This document shows positions 36,453 to 50,500 of a DNA stretch of 60,392 bases, piece after piece. Made by a program: the position numbers and the translations under genes. Positions within the stretch are counted from its first letter, which is position 1, and every line of letters starts with the position of its first letter. The stretch spans positions 1-60,392 of the forward strand of contig JBNGIO010006095.1 in the NCBI GenBank assembly GCA_049999805.1. Reading direction: 5' to 3'. This DNA comes from Folioceros fuciformis. Lineage: Eukaryota. The notes below the pieces were generated by a model that was not told where the DNA came from, made no database searches, and was given only the letters and a program-made list of their open reading frames with translations.

Positions 36453-36852
36453 NNNNNNNNNNNNNNNNNNNNNNNNNNNNNNNNNNNNNNNNNNNNNNNN
36501 NNNNNNNNNNNNNNNNNNNNNNNNNNNNNNNNNNNNNNNNNNNNNNNNNNNNNNNNNNNNNNNNNNNNNNNNNNNNNNNNNNNNNNNNNNNNNNNNNNNN
36601 NNNNNNNNNNNNNNNNNNNNNNNNNNNNNNNNNNNNNNNNNNNNNNNNNNNNNNNNNNNNNNNNNNNNNNNNNNNNNNNNNNNNNNNNNNNNNNNNNNNN
36701 NNNNNNNNNNNNNNNNNNNNNNNNNNNNNNNNNNNNNNNNNNNNNNNNNNNNNNNNNNNNNNNNNNNNNNNNNNNNNNNNNNNNNNNNNNNNNNNNNNNN
36801 NNNNNNNNNNNNNNNNNNNNNNNNNNNNNNNNNNNNNNNNNNNNNNNNNNNN
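36453..36852. other. Assembly gap (400 N)
   Basis: Run of N. Confidence 1.
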
Positions 36853-36855
36853 ACC

Positions 36856-38538
36856 ATGGAGATGCCGGCCAGGTGGCCCCACGAGGTAGGGATGCCGGAA
36901 CGGGATTTGTTTGTTTGCAGCCGCTGTGTCTTGCCTGCCTCCGCTCCAGCCTGATGCCGACTCTTGTGCCTACAGGTGCCAGAACAATCTAAGGGTTCGG
37001 ACAGCGATGATAGCCCTGAGGCTGGCTTGCCTCAATTCATGCCGCTCGTCCGCTCCGGATGGTGGTCGGAGATAGGATCTCGGCCGTGTATGGAAGACGC
37101 GCACGTCTGTATCGATGATTTGGATCAGCATCTCGGCACCATTTTTGTAGGGCAGAGTCCAGGTGCCTTTTACGGGGTAAGCCCTTGCATTCCTGCCCTT
37201 GCATTCCTACCCTTGCCTCCTTCTTCTCTTTGCCTTGACCTCCGCCGACAGCCGCATGGATGGAAGCGGAATTCGGCCCGCCGGGCTGCATCTGGGCATT
37301 CTCGTTGTTTAGGAAACCCTTGCTCGCAACGGATGGGACACGGTAAGTGTGAGCTGTGGGTTGAAGCCAATGTATGAAAAAATTCGACGACTCCTCTATG
37401 ATCCTTTTGCCCCGGACACCTTCAGCAGTAGGGATTAGGCTTTGGTCTGGGTAGTTGCTTCTTTCAGCTTTGGAGACCCTGGGTTACGCGTTGCCAGGGG
37501 TCCTCTTAAGCACCTTGCTGGTGGATGCAGGATTTTGAGGATGGTTCTTTGGTTTGTTAACTGCCAGGTTTTCGATGGACATGGGGGCAAGGATGCTGCC
37601 GATTTTGTAAGGGAACATTTACTAAGATTTATTGTGGAGGATGTGGCTTTTCCAGCAGCGGTCGATCAGGCTGTTAGGCATGCCTTCCTTCGAGCTGATC
37701 ACGCATTCGCCCAGGCATGTATGAATGATCAGGGGCTTGCATCCGGAACAACCGCCTTAACTGCCTTGATCTTTGGCAGGTACGTCATCCGGGAATCCCT
37801 CTCCCTCGAATGGTCTTGAAGCTCTTGCCCTCTTCGCTTCTTTTGTTTTCAACCCCCGCAAGGCAGCCATCACTCATTCTGTGAATGAAAGAATGATGGG
37901 TGGGTGGGTGGGTGGTCACTGCGATTACTGAATGCCATCTCTTTCGCGTGGTCCGCCTGTCTTGCAGGACACTGCTGGTAGCCAATGCGGGAGACTGCAG
38001 GGCTGTCTTGTCCAAAAGGGGGAAAGCCGTAGAAATGTCTAGAGATCACAAGCCTGGGTGTTCTGTGGAACGGAGCCGCATTGAGGCAGTGGGTGGCTTT
38101 GTGGATGACGGATACCTGAATGGACAGCTAGCTGTTGCCAGGGCACTTGGGGACTGGCACATGAAAGGCTTGAAGGAGCTCGGAGTAGACGGGCCGCTTA
38201 GTGCTGAACCTGAATTGCAGCAGGCTGTCCTGACTGAGGACGATGAATTTCTCATCATCGGTTGCGATGGCTTGTGGGACGTATTTAGCAGTCAAAATGC
38301 TGTTGACTTTGCCCGGAAGAAGCTCCAGCAGCACAATGATCCAGAACGTTGCTCCAGGGAGTTGGTAGATGAGGCAATTAGGCGGGAGACAGGTGACAAC
38401 CTCACAGTGGTCACTGTCTGTTTTCAAACGCAAGCCCCTCCCAATTTGGGAGTCTGGAGACGGAAGGGAGTAACCAAGAGTATTTCCGTAGAAGGTCTGC
38501 GGAATCTGCAGCTTCTCCTGGACAGCAACGACCATTAA
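36856..38538 (+). CDS. Protein phosphatase 2C (clade G-like), 4 visible exons
   Basis: Exons 36856-36885, 36976-~37176 ([15 protein letters not shown]), 37569-~37779 (VFDGHGG, SGTTALT) and ~37968-38538 ([37 protein letters not shown]). The 5' end may extend into the gap. Confidence 0.95.
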
Positions 38539-41021
38539 TCTGGTCCAATATGACGACGACAAGACTGTACTACCCTCAGCATTGATCGACACGTAGGTTT
38601 GATAGGTTTGTCATGATTTTTTAGTCTCACAGGCACTGCACCTTGTGCTTGAGCCCGTGGGTACCACTTGTGTGTGTGAGAGAGTCCTGTCACCACGTGC
38701 CTGTTTGCAACCTGAGAATCTGGTTGCAGATCAAGTCAGGGGACAGGCGGTGATTTTTGCGGGAAGGTTGATTTTGGCACGCAAGCCACAACGGGTCTTG
38801 CTCATTTTTGATCTAGACTACGCCTGGAAGTTTCACGCCGTGGTCGTCTGTTTGCAATGACGTGTTTTGGTGCGCTGGACCTTCTTGCCCTGAGTATCAT
38901 TCGAGCCACGCGGCTGTTGGAAAGCAGGTGATAGCAGTACTGACACGTAACGTCTAGCGTGGCTGCCAGATGTGCCTTTGATGCATGTTGTCTCTCTAGC
39001 ATGAACCTGACACATTTAACGTGTCTGGACACACCAAAATTTATTTTGTATGATGGCATGGCATCAAAGTGCAAGCTGGGAAATCTCTCAGCGAAGCTTG
39101 AATAAGCAAATTGCAGCAAGGATCTATCTTGTTCTTTCTACTCGTCTCCGATTACGCAATCTGACTTCTCCACACGCACGTTTCTGGAATGGAATCATCT
39201 GAAACGTAAAGCACACGTGGCCCAGCACTAGTTAGGGCAGAGCTTAGCTAACTTAGCTAAGTGTATGAAACCCCTAATAGATGTTGCCTGCAATAAAATA
39301 AGGTTTTTTTACTTTAACCAACTTTCTACTGAAGACCTTGCATGAACAAGATAAGGTTTCCCCAACTGCAAGCAACTCACTACAATATTAGGTCATGCAG
39401 CAAAAACTAGATTAGCTTCTTCATGGCCATTGGCAAGCCACAAAGAAGAATAGTCATTTTTTCCTTGAACCCAACTATTTTGTTGTAGAGCAAAGGGGGG
39501 TGGATTTAAAGAAGCTGCAAAGGTGGGTGTCTACCATACTACTCTTAAAGCTCCATTTGTGAGCATGTCATTGTCAAGTCTCTCTAGGATTGATGATATT
39601 CTACTAGTTGTAAGCATGTTTTCATTAACCCTTGAAGATGCTTGTCACCATCAACTCTTTAGGGTAGGTAATATATGGATATTTTCTTTGAACATAATAT
39701 ACTTCTTTTCTCATACATATAGGATTGGAACATGTGATTTTGTTGATTGGGTTAGTTACAAGCTTATAATGTTTGGATTTTAGTATGAAGCAGATAACCA
39801 TAGGGCCTAATCTTGTCATTAGATCAAATATGAGTTAAGGTGACGCATTTGAACTAAAATTAGAAGGTGGCCTTGAAGTGGATGTGGAGAAATGTTTTAA
39901 CTCTCCCAACTAAAGAACAAAGAACAACCCCATTGCAACTTGGTTGACCCTAGAGTTAGTTGTGTTTAGAGCTATTCCTCAGAAGATCCAATAATAATTG
40001 ATATTTAAACACGTTTATGATGTCCTCCTTACTGCATGTTTAATATGCTTATTAAGATGTATCTATATGACTCATATATATAACAGGAGATTAAATATAA
40101 ATTAAGTAAAATTAATTTTATTTTTTTATTTTTGACCTTTTTGGCCCTACTCAGATTGTTACTCCAAGATTGTTCCTTTGGAGTAACGGACTTTCCAATC
40201 TCTTTTTCAATAATATAATATACTATTTATTTTATCAATTTTATAATATACTATCACTATATAATTATATTTATGAACGTTTCATCTATCAGCTTGATTT
40301 CATAGCTTAGCAAGAAAGCTACCTTTCATTCTTCAATCGTTAGCTTGATGTCATACTCCAGATTAAGAGGTCACTGTTAATTGCTTCAAATCCTTGCCGC
40401 CCAACCTCATAGCTGATATTCCAAATCAACGAGGTTCAAGTGCGAACCAGAATCCAGCGCACCCATGTGTGAACTAGACCGTTTGGATTGCTCAAGGGGT
40501 TCACAACTTAATTCAAGGAACATCTACGGCCAGTTCCACTACTCCTACAAGATCTCGGTAGCTTTCCTTCACGGGGCCTCCAGTCGCACCGCGGTGCACG
40601 AGGTTGTACAGCCGTGCAACCGGGCATTCACTTCTGCCCAAGAGAACGTACTGAAAAACGCTTGAAAGCTCTCCAATCCCTCCATCTGAGGTACAGGAAC
40701 AATTGCAGAAGATCGCAACAACAAAGGTTCAAGTTATTTGAGCCCTTCCAACTGAGGTTGTGAAAGCTGGCAACACGTGTTTGAACCAAAGAAATACTGA
40801 CCGTTCTTGAGAACTCGTCTTGCTGTTAGCACCAGGGAACTCATCAGTTGCTACCCATCCAAGCAGGAGCCTTCAGCATCACCCATCCAAGCAGGGAGCC
40901 CTGCTGCATCATATGCTCCAGTGCAGCAACAACAGTCTTCCAGCTCAAAACATCGACCAGTCAGAGAGCTCCTTTGAACAGCAGACCCAAGTGCTCCAGG
41001 ACAGCGGACAGCCTCCATGTC

Positions 41022-43958
41022 CTACAATTTTGGTTTGCTTGCCTTGGCGCTACTTTTAACTGGAGGCTCACTATTCGGAGGCTCAGTTACTGCAGGCTCA
41101 TTCTTTGCTGTCAAAAAAGCATCGATGACCGCAAACAGAGGCCATTCCTTCGTGGCTGCAGAATCACCAGCAGTCCCTTGCTCAGCCTTCAGTCTCTCAT
41201 GCTTCTTGAACAAGGATGTCCACATGGATTTACATTGGTCAGGAGTTCGATTCACACCCCGCTCGCCAAGGGCAGCTGATACATCAAGCCACAAGCCTCG
41301 TTTCGCTCTTGTGCGGCTGGCCTGCACCTCCATGCTACTGCGCACTTCGAATAACAATGCAGCCTCCTCGGTTGTCCATCTCTTTCGCTTCCTCCCGTCA
41401 GTCTTCGCTTCGGCTGACAACTTCTCTGCAACCTCATCTGTTTGTTCATCTGATGACTGTTCATCTAACATACTACCTGCCGCCCCATCCTCGACCGCTT
41501 CTAGCACTCCTCCGGTCTCGCTATCAACACGGAGCACAGGTACCTCCTCAATCAGTCCCGGTACCTCCTCAACTCGTTCTATCACACTAGTCACATCATC
41601 TGTCAGAATACCCAGGGCCTCCTCCTCCTCCATGGCCTCCAGCAAGGAAGCTGCTCCATTCTTTCCATCTGTTATTACAGAGAGAGACTCTTGTTCGGTG
41701 ACGACATCCGAGACTACTGAGCTGAGCACAGCAACGTCATCTTGGGTAATCCTTGAGACAACTTCAACGTGCTTTTCTTCAGCCCTCACTTTATCCACTC
41801 TATCGACACCGCTTGGTGCCTTGGAGCGCCCAACTGCAATAACAACGACATCTGGCCTACGATTGCTGAATTTCTGCACCACCCTTCGCAACACATTCCC
41901 AATAGTTCTCTCCACGGTTATGAGAGACATATCAGCAGAGCAACTTGCCAAGGCCACATCGGCTGCTTTGTACAGAAGATCCATAAGCTTCCCGCCATCA
42001 ACCCAAAGACACCTTGTAATTATTCGGACGCGGCCCCTCATGCCCACAGCCGAAGAATCTTGGCCTTTTCGTCGCTTAGAATCATCATGATTGTGTACTT
42101 CTACACTGGCAAAGACAATGCCTTCTTGAGCAATGTGCAGTCGCTCATCCACACAAAGATCTGAAGCTGTCCCAAACGCTCTCTGGCCGTCGTTGTACAT
42201 AAGCTTCAACTTCTGCTGGCCAAGGGCACAGAAGCCACTGGACAGGACCCTACCGTTTCGAAGTGGAGCAACCCCAAGCATTTCGCCATTTTTGATGACG
42301 GTGGTATGCCTAATGCCCGTCGACTTGCCAAGTAGCTCGTGCTCCTTCATGAATGCATACTCCCCGTGAATTGGCAAGAAGTGTTGGGGCTTCACAAGCC
42401 TCAAAGCCTCCTCCAGTTCCCCACGATAAGCGTGCCCCGAAGTGTGCAAATTGTCCCCTCTTCCCATGATAATAGTTGGCCCCAGCTCAGCGATGCGATT
42501 CATCATCTTCACCACTCGCGTCTCATTCCCTGGAATCATTTTGGCAGAGTAGAGCACCAAATCATCCTTGGTCAGCTTGAGAGCCCGACTGCCGCCAAAA
42601 GAGGCCAGATTCAAAGCTGCCCGAGGCTCAGCCTGCGAGCCCGTGGTGACAATGACCAGGTCCCGGGGGGAGTACAGGCCGATATCTTCCGACTTAACCA
42701 GCAGCGAGGGATCAAAGGGGGCCTGACCATCTTTAAACGCCGCATCGAAGTACGTCTTCAGCGACAGTCCCAGAAAAACGAGCTTACGTCCAGCAGCCTG
42801 TGCTGCTGCAAACACGCTGCCAAGGCGGTGCACATTGGATGCAAACTGTGTGGTGATGACCCGGCCCTTCGCAGAGGTGATTTTCCGCATCAACGCCTCT
42901 GCCACATCTGCCTCGCTGGTGGTGCGGCCCTGAGACAACACATTGGTAGAATCGCTCATCATCAGAGTAACACCCTCCTTAGCCAGCTGCTCCAATGCGA
43001 CACGATCAAAAACCTTGCCATCCACGGGGGACTCATCAATCTTCCAGTCGCCCGTGTGGAAAATGGTGCCATTCTGACATCGCAGCACCAGCCCACAACA
43101 ATCGGGAATGGAGTGCGTAACCCTGATCGGCTCCACCTCAAAGGGGCCTGCCTGAAACCTCTTGTGCATACTCACAATCTTACACCTGGATCCGGGATGA
43201 ATGCTGTACTCCTTGAGCCTCTTCACAATGAGCTGCATGGTGAATCCCGTTGCGTAAATCGGGGTCTTCGAATCTAAGGCCGGGATAACCCATGGCAACG
43301 CACCAATGTGATCCTCATGCCCGTGCGTGATGATAACCGCCTCGATCTTATCCCGCCACCGCCGAATGAAGTTAGTGTCAGGCAGCACTCGCTGAACTCC
43401 CAGCTCATCGTAGTCAGGAAACATGAGCCCAGCATCGATCATAATATACCTGTACAACGCACATTCATCGTGACAAACCAAACAGGAAAGGCAAGGAAAA
43501 TGACAGCGAAAAATCCAATTCAATCCAATCCAATCCATACTTCACACATACCTGTCATAGTTTCCTACAAGCATACAGTTCATCCCGATTTCCCCAAGCC
43601 CGCCTATAGGGAGAATGCGCAGTGGCGGACCTTCCTGGCCCTCGTGAAACTCCTTCAGCTTGCGGTGCACAGCGTCGTCCAAGCTGTGGCCCACGCCTTC
43701 CCCCTTGGACGTCCGCTTCCCCCCACGCCGACGGGACGCCGACGCGGTGGAGCAGCTCACACACAGCCTCCTTTCTCTGCTACACTTGCCGCTGCCGCTG
43801 CTGGTCGGACACAAGAAAATGGTGTCCCATTGGTGCCTGCGCAAGGCGCAACTGCTGGCGCTGCCGAGACGCATCTCCGCGTCGCTAGGGCGGCAGCCAT
43901 GGCCATGGCCAAGCCGCTTGCAATCGCCTGCTGCCAAAGGCAGGCAGGAAAAATTCAT
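41022..43958 (-). CDS. RNJ: Ribonuclease J (chloroplast type) with a C-terminal GT-1/trihelix-like domain
   Basis: Motifs [46 protein letters not shown] and PIHGE, plus C-terminal RWTTEE...LWLDVS...[10 protein letters not shown]. One in-phase intron spans 43551-43450. The start is taken at the first ATG. Confidence 0.96.
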
Positions 43959-44357
43959 GGCCAGCGCTGCGCTGGCGGGCTGTCTCGCCGCTCTCGCTGC
44001 AATACCTGGCTGCTCACTTCGCTGTCCAAGGGAAGGGAAAAGAGGCACAGGTCGTCCTGTTTTGCTTAACGCATTTAGGATATTTCAAAAACGCTATCCA
44101 CGACATCTATTACCCCCGTGGCCGTCTGCTACGCCCACCCTGTCTCGGGTCGCACAAATATCTTGCTCCTATGGCATACTTGGCACAAACCGTCTTGACA
44201 CGACGCTCGGTCTGCACAGAAGCTCATCGTTTTCGAATTCGTGATTCGAGACGTCTCTGAATCCGGGATTGAAGTGACGAGGGTGGTGTGAAAACAGGAT
44301 TGCTGAGCTCGGGTGTGTGCACATGTGATAGGGCAGACAGTTGATGCGATGTTGATC

Positions 44358-47300
44358 TCATGGCTGATCTTGACACGAGCAGCACCCATCGACGAAATGG
44401 TGCACTCGGTGTGCATCTCTCACGATTATCTCTCGCCTTTCAAGTCTGGACATGATCTTGGTCCCATTGTGGCAGTCATTGCACATACGCAGATTCTTTG
44501 TCACCAGCAAAGGGGTGCCATCCGTGGTGTTCAAGAGGCCGTAAGCTAAAGCCAGCTTTTCAGCATGCCCACAGAGGGCATCCTCCTTCTCTCCCTCAGA
44601 CACTGCCTTGAGCACCAGCTCGGTGTGTGGGACATGGCCACCCTCATCTTTCAACCGCATGTTCACACCTTTCAGCTTGGAGGTGATGTCGTCCCGCTCC
44701 TCTCCCACACTGAATGTGTGAACCTTGTGGTTCACCTCGATCCAAGCAGTTGCAGGCTTCTTGAAGGCGGCTGCAGACCTCCTTAACTGTTCTACCGTGT
44801 CTGCATCGGTCCACTTACCGGCCCCTGCGTACAGGTTTGCCAGGAGCACATAGGCGGATGCATTGTCGGGTTCGAGTTTTACGATATGATCGAAGCATCG
44901 CCTTCCACGCTCTAAATCCCCATGGCTTCTGCAGGCACTTAATAGACTTCGCCAACCCACTACGCCGTCCTCAAATGGCATCAGGAGCAGCATCTCTTCT
45001 GCCTTGTCCAGACTCCCCGACCGTGCCAGAATATCCACCATGCAAGTGCGATGGAAGACATTGGGAGTGATGCCATATGTCTCCGCCATGGATGCCAAGT
45101 ACTGCTCAGCTTCGTGCACTAGGCCTCCCTGACTGCATGCCCCCAACAGGGCAATGAAGGTGGTATCAGTCGGCTCCAGCCCGTTCAGCTGCATGTCTGC
45201 AAAGCACTGCATTGCCATTTGGCCATCGTTACTCTGCCCATACCCATTCATTAGAGTGGTCCATGTCACTACTGTTTTTGTAGGCAGCCTGTCAAACAGT
45301 CTTCGAGCATCCTCCAATCTCCCGCACTTTGCATACAAGTCCACAAGACTGCTGCCAAGACCCACGTCCGTTTCAAGAGCTCGTTCATGAATCTGAGAAT
45401 GAAGCCGTCTGCCCTGATGTAAGGCTCCAACACTGGCACATGCTTTCAGGAGGCACAGATAAGTGATATTGGCAGGTGTGACGCCTTCCCGCTGCATATG
45501 CTCAAAAAGTGCAAGAGCTTCTTGAACACGCCCATGCTCAATGTATCCTGTTATCATGGCAGTCCAGGTAACCACATTTTTCTCTTGTAAGCTTTTGAAT
45601 ACTCTCAACGCCGTGTCTAAGCTACCACACTTCGCATACATGTCGACCAAACTGCTACCAACAACCATATTGGCTGCAAGTCCTTTCTCCTGCACCTGAG
45701 AATGAAGCTTCTTGCCCTCGCTCAATACTCCAGCGTTGGCACATGCATTCAAGAGACACGCAAATGTAACCTCGTTTGCTGGAGAGATGCCATCCCGCTC
45801 CATGTCTGTGTAGAGTCGAAGAGCTTCGAGACTGAACCCATGCTGAGCGTAACCTGCAATCATGGACGTCCATGTCACCACATTCTTGGTGGGCAATCTG
45901 TCAAACAGCCTCTGTGCATCCTCTAAGCTGCCGCATTTAGCATACATGTCTACCAGACAGTTGCCGATGATGAGATCCCCATCCAGCCCTCGTTTTTGGA
46001 TCTGGGAATGAAGCTCCCTCCCCTGCCGTAATGCTCCCGCACTTGCGCACGAACTGAGCAAGGCAACAAATGTACCATGGCTGGCTGTGCTCATTCCCTC
46101 CTGCTGCATACTTGCATAAACCGTCAGGGCTTCTTCGCTGAGACCCTGTTTGGCATATCCTGCTATCATCGCATTCCACGTCACCACATCTTTCGAGGGC
46201 AGCCTATCGAAGACCCTTGCAGCATCTTGTATGCTGCCACACTTACAATACATGTCCACTAGGCTGCTTCCAAGCACGACATCAACTTCAAGTTGTCTTT
46301 CCTGAAGCTGAGCATGGAGCTGCTTTCCTTGAAGTAATGCTCCCACGGCGGCACATGCTTTGAAGAGACACAAGAACGTGACACGGTCAGGCGGAGTGAT
46401 GCCGTCCTGTTGCATGGCTCCGTAGAGAACAAGAGCTTCTTCACCAAACCCATGCTGGGCATATCCTGAAAGCATAGCATTCCAGGTTACCACATCTTTC
46501 GTCTGTAAACTGTCAAAAACTTTCCGAGCATCCTCCAAACTGCCACACTTTGCAAACATGTCGACGAGGCAGTTCCCAACAAACAGGTTGACTCCGTCAC
46601 TGTGCAAGACATCAGCATGCACCTCCTTCCCAGCTGACAAGTCCGCTTTAGTTGCACAAGCTTTGAGGACCGCCACAAATATGTGACTGTTTGGCTGTAT
46701 AGTCGAGTGACGCATCTGTCTATACAGCTCTATGGCCTTCATAGACTGCCCATTTTCAGCATGTGCCGAGATTATGGACGTCCACATAAAGCAATCTGGT
46801 TCAACCACCCTCCAAAAAACCTGTCTTGCTTCCTGTAACCTCCCGTGAGAAGAGTACATGCGGATCATGTGGTTAGCCAAAAAAGTGCTCGACTCATACC
46901 CGCCTATAGTGGTGACATAATGAAGACGCCTGGCAACATTAAAATCTCTCTCTGTAAGACCCTCCTTGAGCGCACCATACAATAGAGCCTTGGGAACATG
47001 CCATCCTTCTTGTACCAGGAGTTCCAGCTTATGAACAGCTTCGGTAAGTCCTCTCTTCACAAACAGGTCGCTGCCAAGTCCCACATGCAAACCTCCTCCA
47101 TAGCCTTTACAGGGAATCCTGAGAACGACAGAGTGCTGTCAATACAACCAAGTTCTCTGAAGCAAGACCCACAACTGCACATTCTGCGAACAGCGGGGTC
47201 TAGGGGAAGAGAAGCCATTGAAACCTCTCAGAGTCCTCTGAAGATGCCTCGACCCTGTTCCTCCTTTGCGAACGATTGGCCAGAGCCTTTTCCCGAAGTG

Positions 47301-47424
47301 CCCACTCACCGTGACTAGAAGCAGATTCCTGTTGCAGCGCCGGAATTGACAGTTGCCGGAATGTGCTTCGAATCACGCTCCTCACTACCAGGTGGCGGCA
47401 GGAAGCACATCCGCCCTTCTTCAT
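44358..47424 (-). CDS. PLS-PPR-E-DYW:KP protein, ends DQP
   Basis: Exon 47424-47310 joins 47104-44358 in phase. Motifs KKPATAWIE, CGHAEKLA, CNDCH and HHFVDGCCSC. Confidence 0.94.
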
Positions 47425-47561
47425 TCAAACAAAAACAGTGCTGATCGCGGCCAAGCTTGGCGGGGACATAACGGGCAATGCTTCCGCACGATGCTGCTCT
47501 TTAACGGGTAGTGCGTGATGATGATGTCGGTCAAGCACGAGCGTGGTCAAGTTCTGCACCG

Positions 47562-50500
47562 ATGAACAAGGGTGGTGGGTTCGGAGGATTGATTCACAGC
47601 AAGCTCCGTTCTCGGAGTCCCTGGGAGACGAGGGGCAGGAACTGGCCATCACTGGTGCCGAGTACAGAGCAGCAACGTCAGTCTGCAGGTAACCTGAGTG
47701 AGTGACTGCCTGTACACCATGAAGGTGTTCCCGATGTTGAAAGCCGCATCTGAAAATTCTTATGTTCAGCTGATATGCAGCGGAGGTGACACAGAAGGCT
47801 TCCTGGGGACGATTTTTAGCCCATCCTTCTCAATGGTGGCACGACAAGCCAGACAAGGTAGATGCCGATGCCCTCCCATCGTCTGCTGACGCACATAGGG
47901 GCAGTTGGACTGAAATGTGCAACGTTGCAGATAAAGCAGGACTGGAAAGGAGGAGCACTGGGGCCATGGTGGGACGACCCACAACGACAACAGGAGTGGG
48001 TTGAGGAGAACACAGAGGAGAACCAGCTAACAGAAGTGGTTGATGCGTTGAATTTGCTAGTGGAGGAAGGATGCCATGTTCCCTCGTCTCTCTACTGTAT
48101 TGCAATCAAGGGGTGCACTAGGCAAAAAGCTTTGAACGTGGGCATACACGTCCATTCCCTGGCTGTTGAAAGTGGGTACGACTCGGACACATTTTTGGCT
48201 AATCACATTATCCGCATGTATGCTTCCCATGGCAGGATGCAGGAAGCATTGCAGGTGTTTGCCAGGCCGGCTGCACCAGATTTTTGCATGTGGTCGTCCA
48301 TGATCTGGGCACATGCTCAACGTAAAGAGCATATGCAGGCTGTCCTACTGTACCGGCAGATGCAAGAGTCCGGTCTGAAGCCAGACAATTATATTCATGT
48401 GGCAGTCCTGAAGGCGTGTGCCACTACAGTGGACTTGTTGTCTGGCAAGCAAGTTCATGCCGGAGTTTTGGAAGACGTGAAGGAGCCTGACGTGTTTGTT
48501 GGCAGCAGCCTGGTAGACATGTATGCAAAGTGTGGGAGCTTGGAGGATGCACGCAGAGTGTTTGACAGTTTGCAGGCAAAAAGTGTTGTGACTTGGAATG
48601 CCATGTTTTCAGGATACGCACACCACGGCCTTGGTCGAGAGGCACTCTCCCTCTACTCAGACATGCAGCAGGAGGGCACTATAGCCAACTATGTCACGTT
48701 TGTCACCCTTTTGAAAGCATGTGCCAATATTGGAGCTCTCCATGCTGGGAAAGAGCTTCATTTTGAGATTCGTGAAAGAGGTTTGGGAGCAAACTTGGCT
48801 CTTGGCAACAGCCTGGTGGATATGTATGGAAAGTGTGGCAACCTAGGAGATGCCCGGAGAGTGTTTGATGAGTTGCCGGTCAAGGATGTTGTGACTTGGA
48901 CTGCTATGATAGCAGGCTATGTTCAGCATGGCCTTGGTGAGGATGCCCTTTCTCTTTATGCTAATATGCAGCAAGGGGGCATCGTTCCAGCCAATCTGGT
49001 CACATTTGTGTGCCTTTTGAAAGCATGTGCTAACGTTGGAGCTTTGCATCAAGGTAAGCAGCTTCATCGTCAGGTTCAGGAAAGGGGACTTGAAATGGAT
49101 CTGATTATTGGGAACTGCCTGGTGGACATGTATGTCAAATGTGGCGACCTAGAGGATGCGCGCAAAGTGTTTGACAGCATGTCTGCGAAAGATGTTGTGA
49201 CGTGGACCACAATGATTGCTGGGTATGCCCATCAGGGGCTTGGTCATGAGTCTCTTACCGTCTACTCGAGTATGCAACAGGAGGGCATCATCCCCGCAAA
49301 CAGTGTGACCTTTGTTTGTCTTCTAAAAGCCTGTGCCAGTATAGGGGCTTTACTTGAAGGCAGGGGGCTACATACTCAACTCCAGGAAATGGGTGTGAAG
49401 GTTGATACGATTGTTGGCAGCAGCCTGGTGGACATGTATGCAAAATGTGGGAGCTTGGAGGACGCATACAGAGTGTTTGATGGATTGCCAAGAAGAGACG
49501 TCGCAACATGGAATGCTGTGCTTGCAGCATACTGTCAGCGTGGGCTGGGGCGGGACGTGCTTTCTCTGCGTGGAAAAATGCAACAGGAGGGCATTAAAGC
49601 CAGTCCTGTGACATTCGTCTGCCTCCTCAAAGCATGTGCCGGCATTCGAGCTTTGGCTGAGGGCAAAGAGCTTCACTCGGAGATTCAGGAACGGGGGCTG
49701 GAGGCCGATGTGGCTGTTGGGAACTGCGTAGTGGACATGTATGCAAAATGTGGGAGCTTAGAAGATGCTCGCAGAGTTTTTGATCGATTGCCGACAAGAG
49801 ATGTTGTGACATGGAATACCATGATCACCGGGTATGCCCAGCATGGACTCGGTGAAGCAGCGCTTTCTCTGTATGCCAGCATGCAACAGCTGGGCATAAC
49901 CTCTGCAGATCCTGTTACTTTTGTGTGTCTGCTAAAAGCATGTGCTGCTGTGGGTGCTCTACATCAGGGCAAGCGGCTGCATTCCTGCATTCGGGAAATG
50001 GGATTGCAAGATGATGTGGTTCTGGGCAATGGCCTGGTGGACATGTATGCCAAACTTGGCAGCCTGGAGGATGCCCGGGGAGTGTTGGACAGACTGCTGG
50101 CAAGAGATATTGTGACATGGAATGCCCTGCTCAATGGCTACGCACTACATAACGAGGCCCAGATGGCAATACAACTTTTCCAAGAGATGAAGTGGCACGA
50201 AGTGGAGCCTGACGCTGCTACTTTCATCTGTCTCCTCTCGGCCTGCAGCCACGGAGGCCTGGTCAAGGAGGGTCAACAGTATTTCCAACAGATGGTAAAA
50301 GAGTACGGCATCGTGCCCACTGCCCACCATTATACCTGCATGGCCGATATCCTTGGAAGGGCAGGTCTGTTAGATGAGGCAGAGAGGTTGTTGCACACCA
50401 TGCCGTTTGAGACTGACATGGTCGGTTGGACCTCGTTGTTGAGTAACTGCAGAAGCCACGGTGAGACTGAACGTGGAGAGAGATGTTTCAATCGACTTAT

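Noticed and set aside
36323-36954. ORFs across the 400-N gap
   Set aside because: They are artefacts of translating N; only the last 30 nt before the donor at 36886 fit the PP2C.
41017-44244. Long plus-strand ORFs (357, 312 and 253 aa)
   Set aside because: They are antisense shadows of RNase J with no independent motifs.
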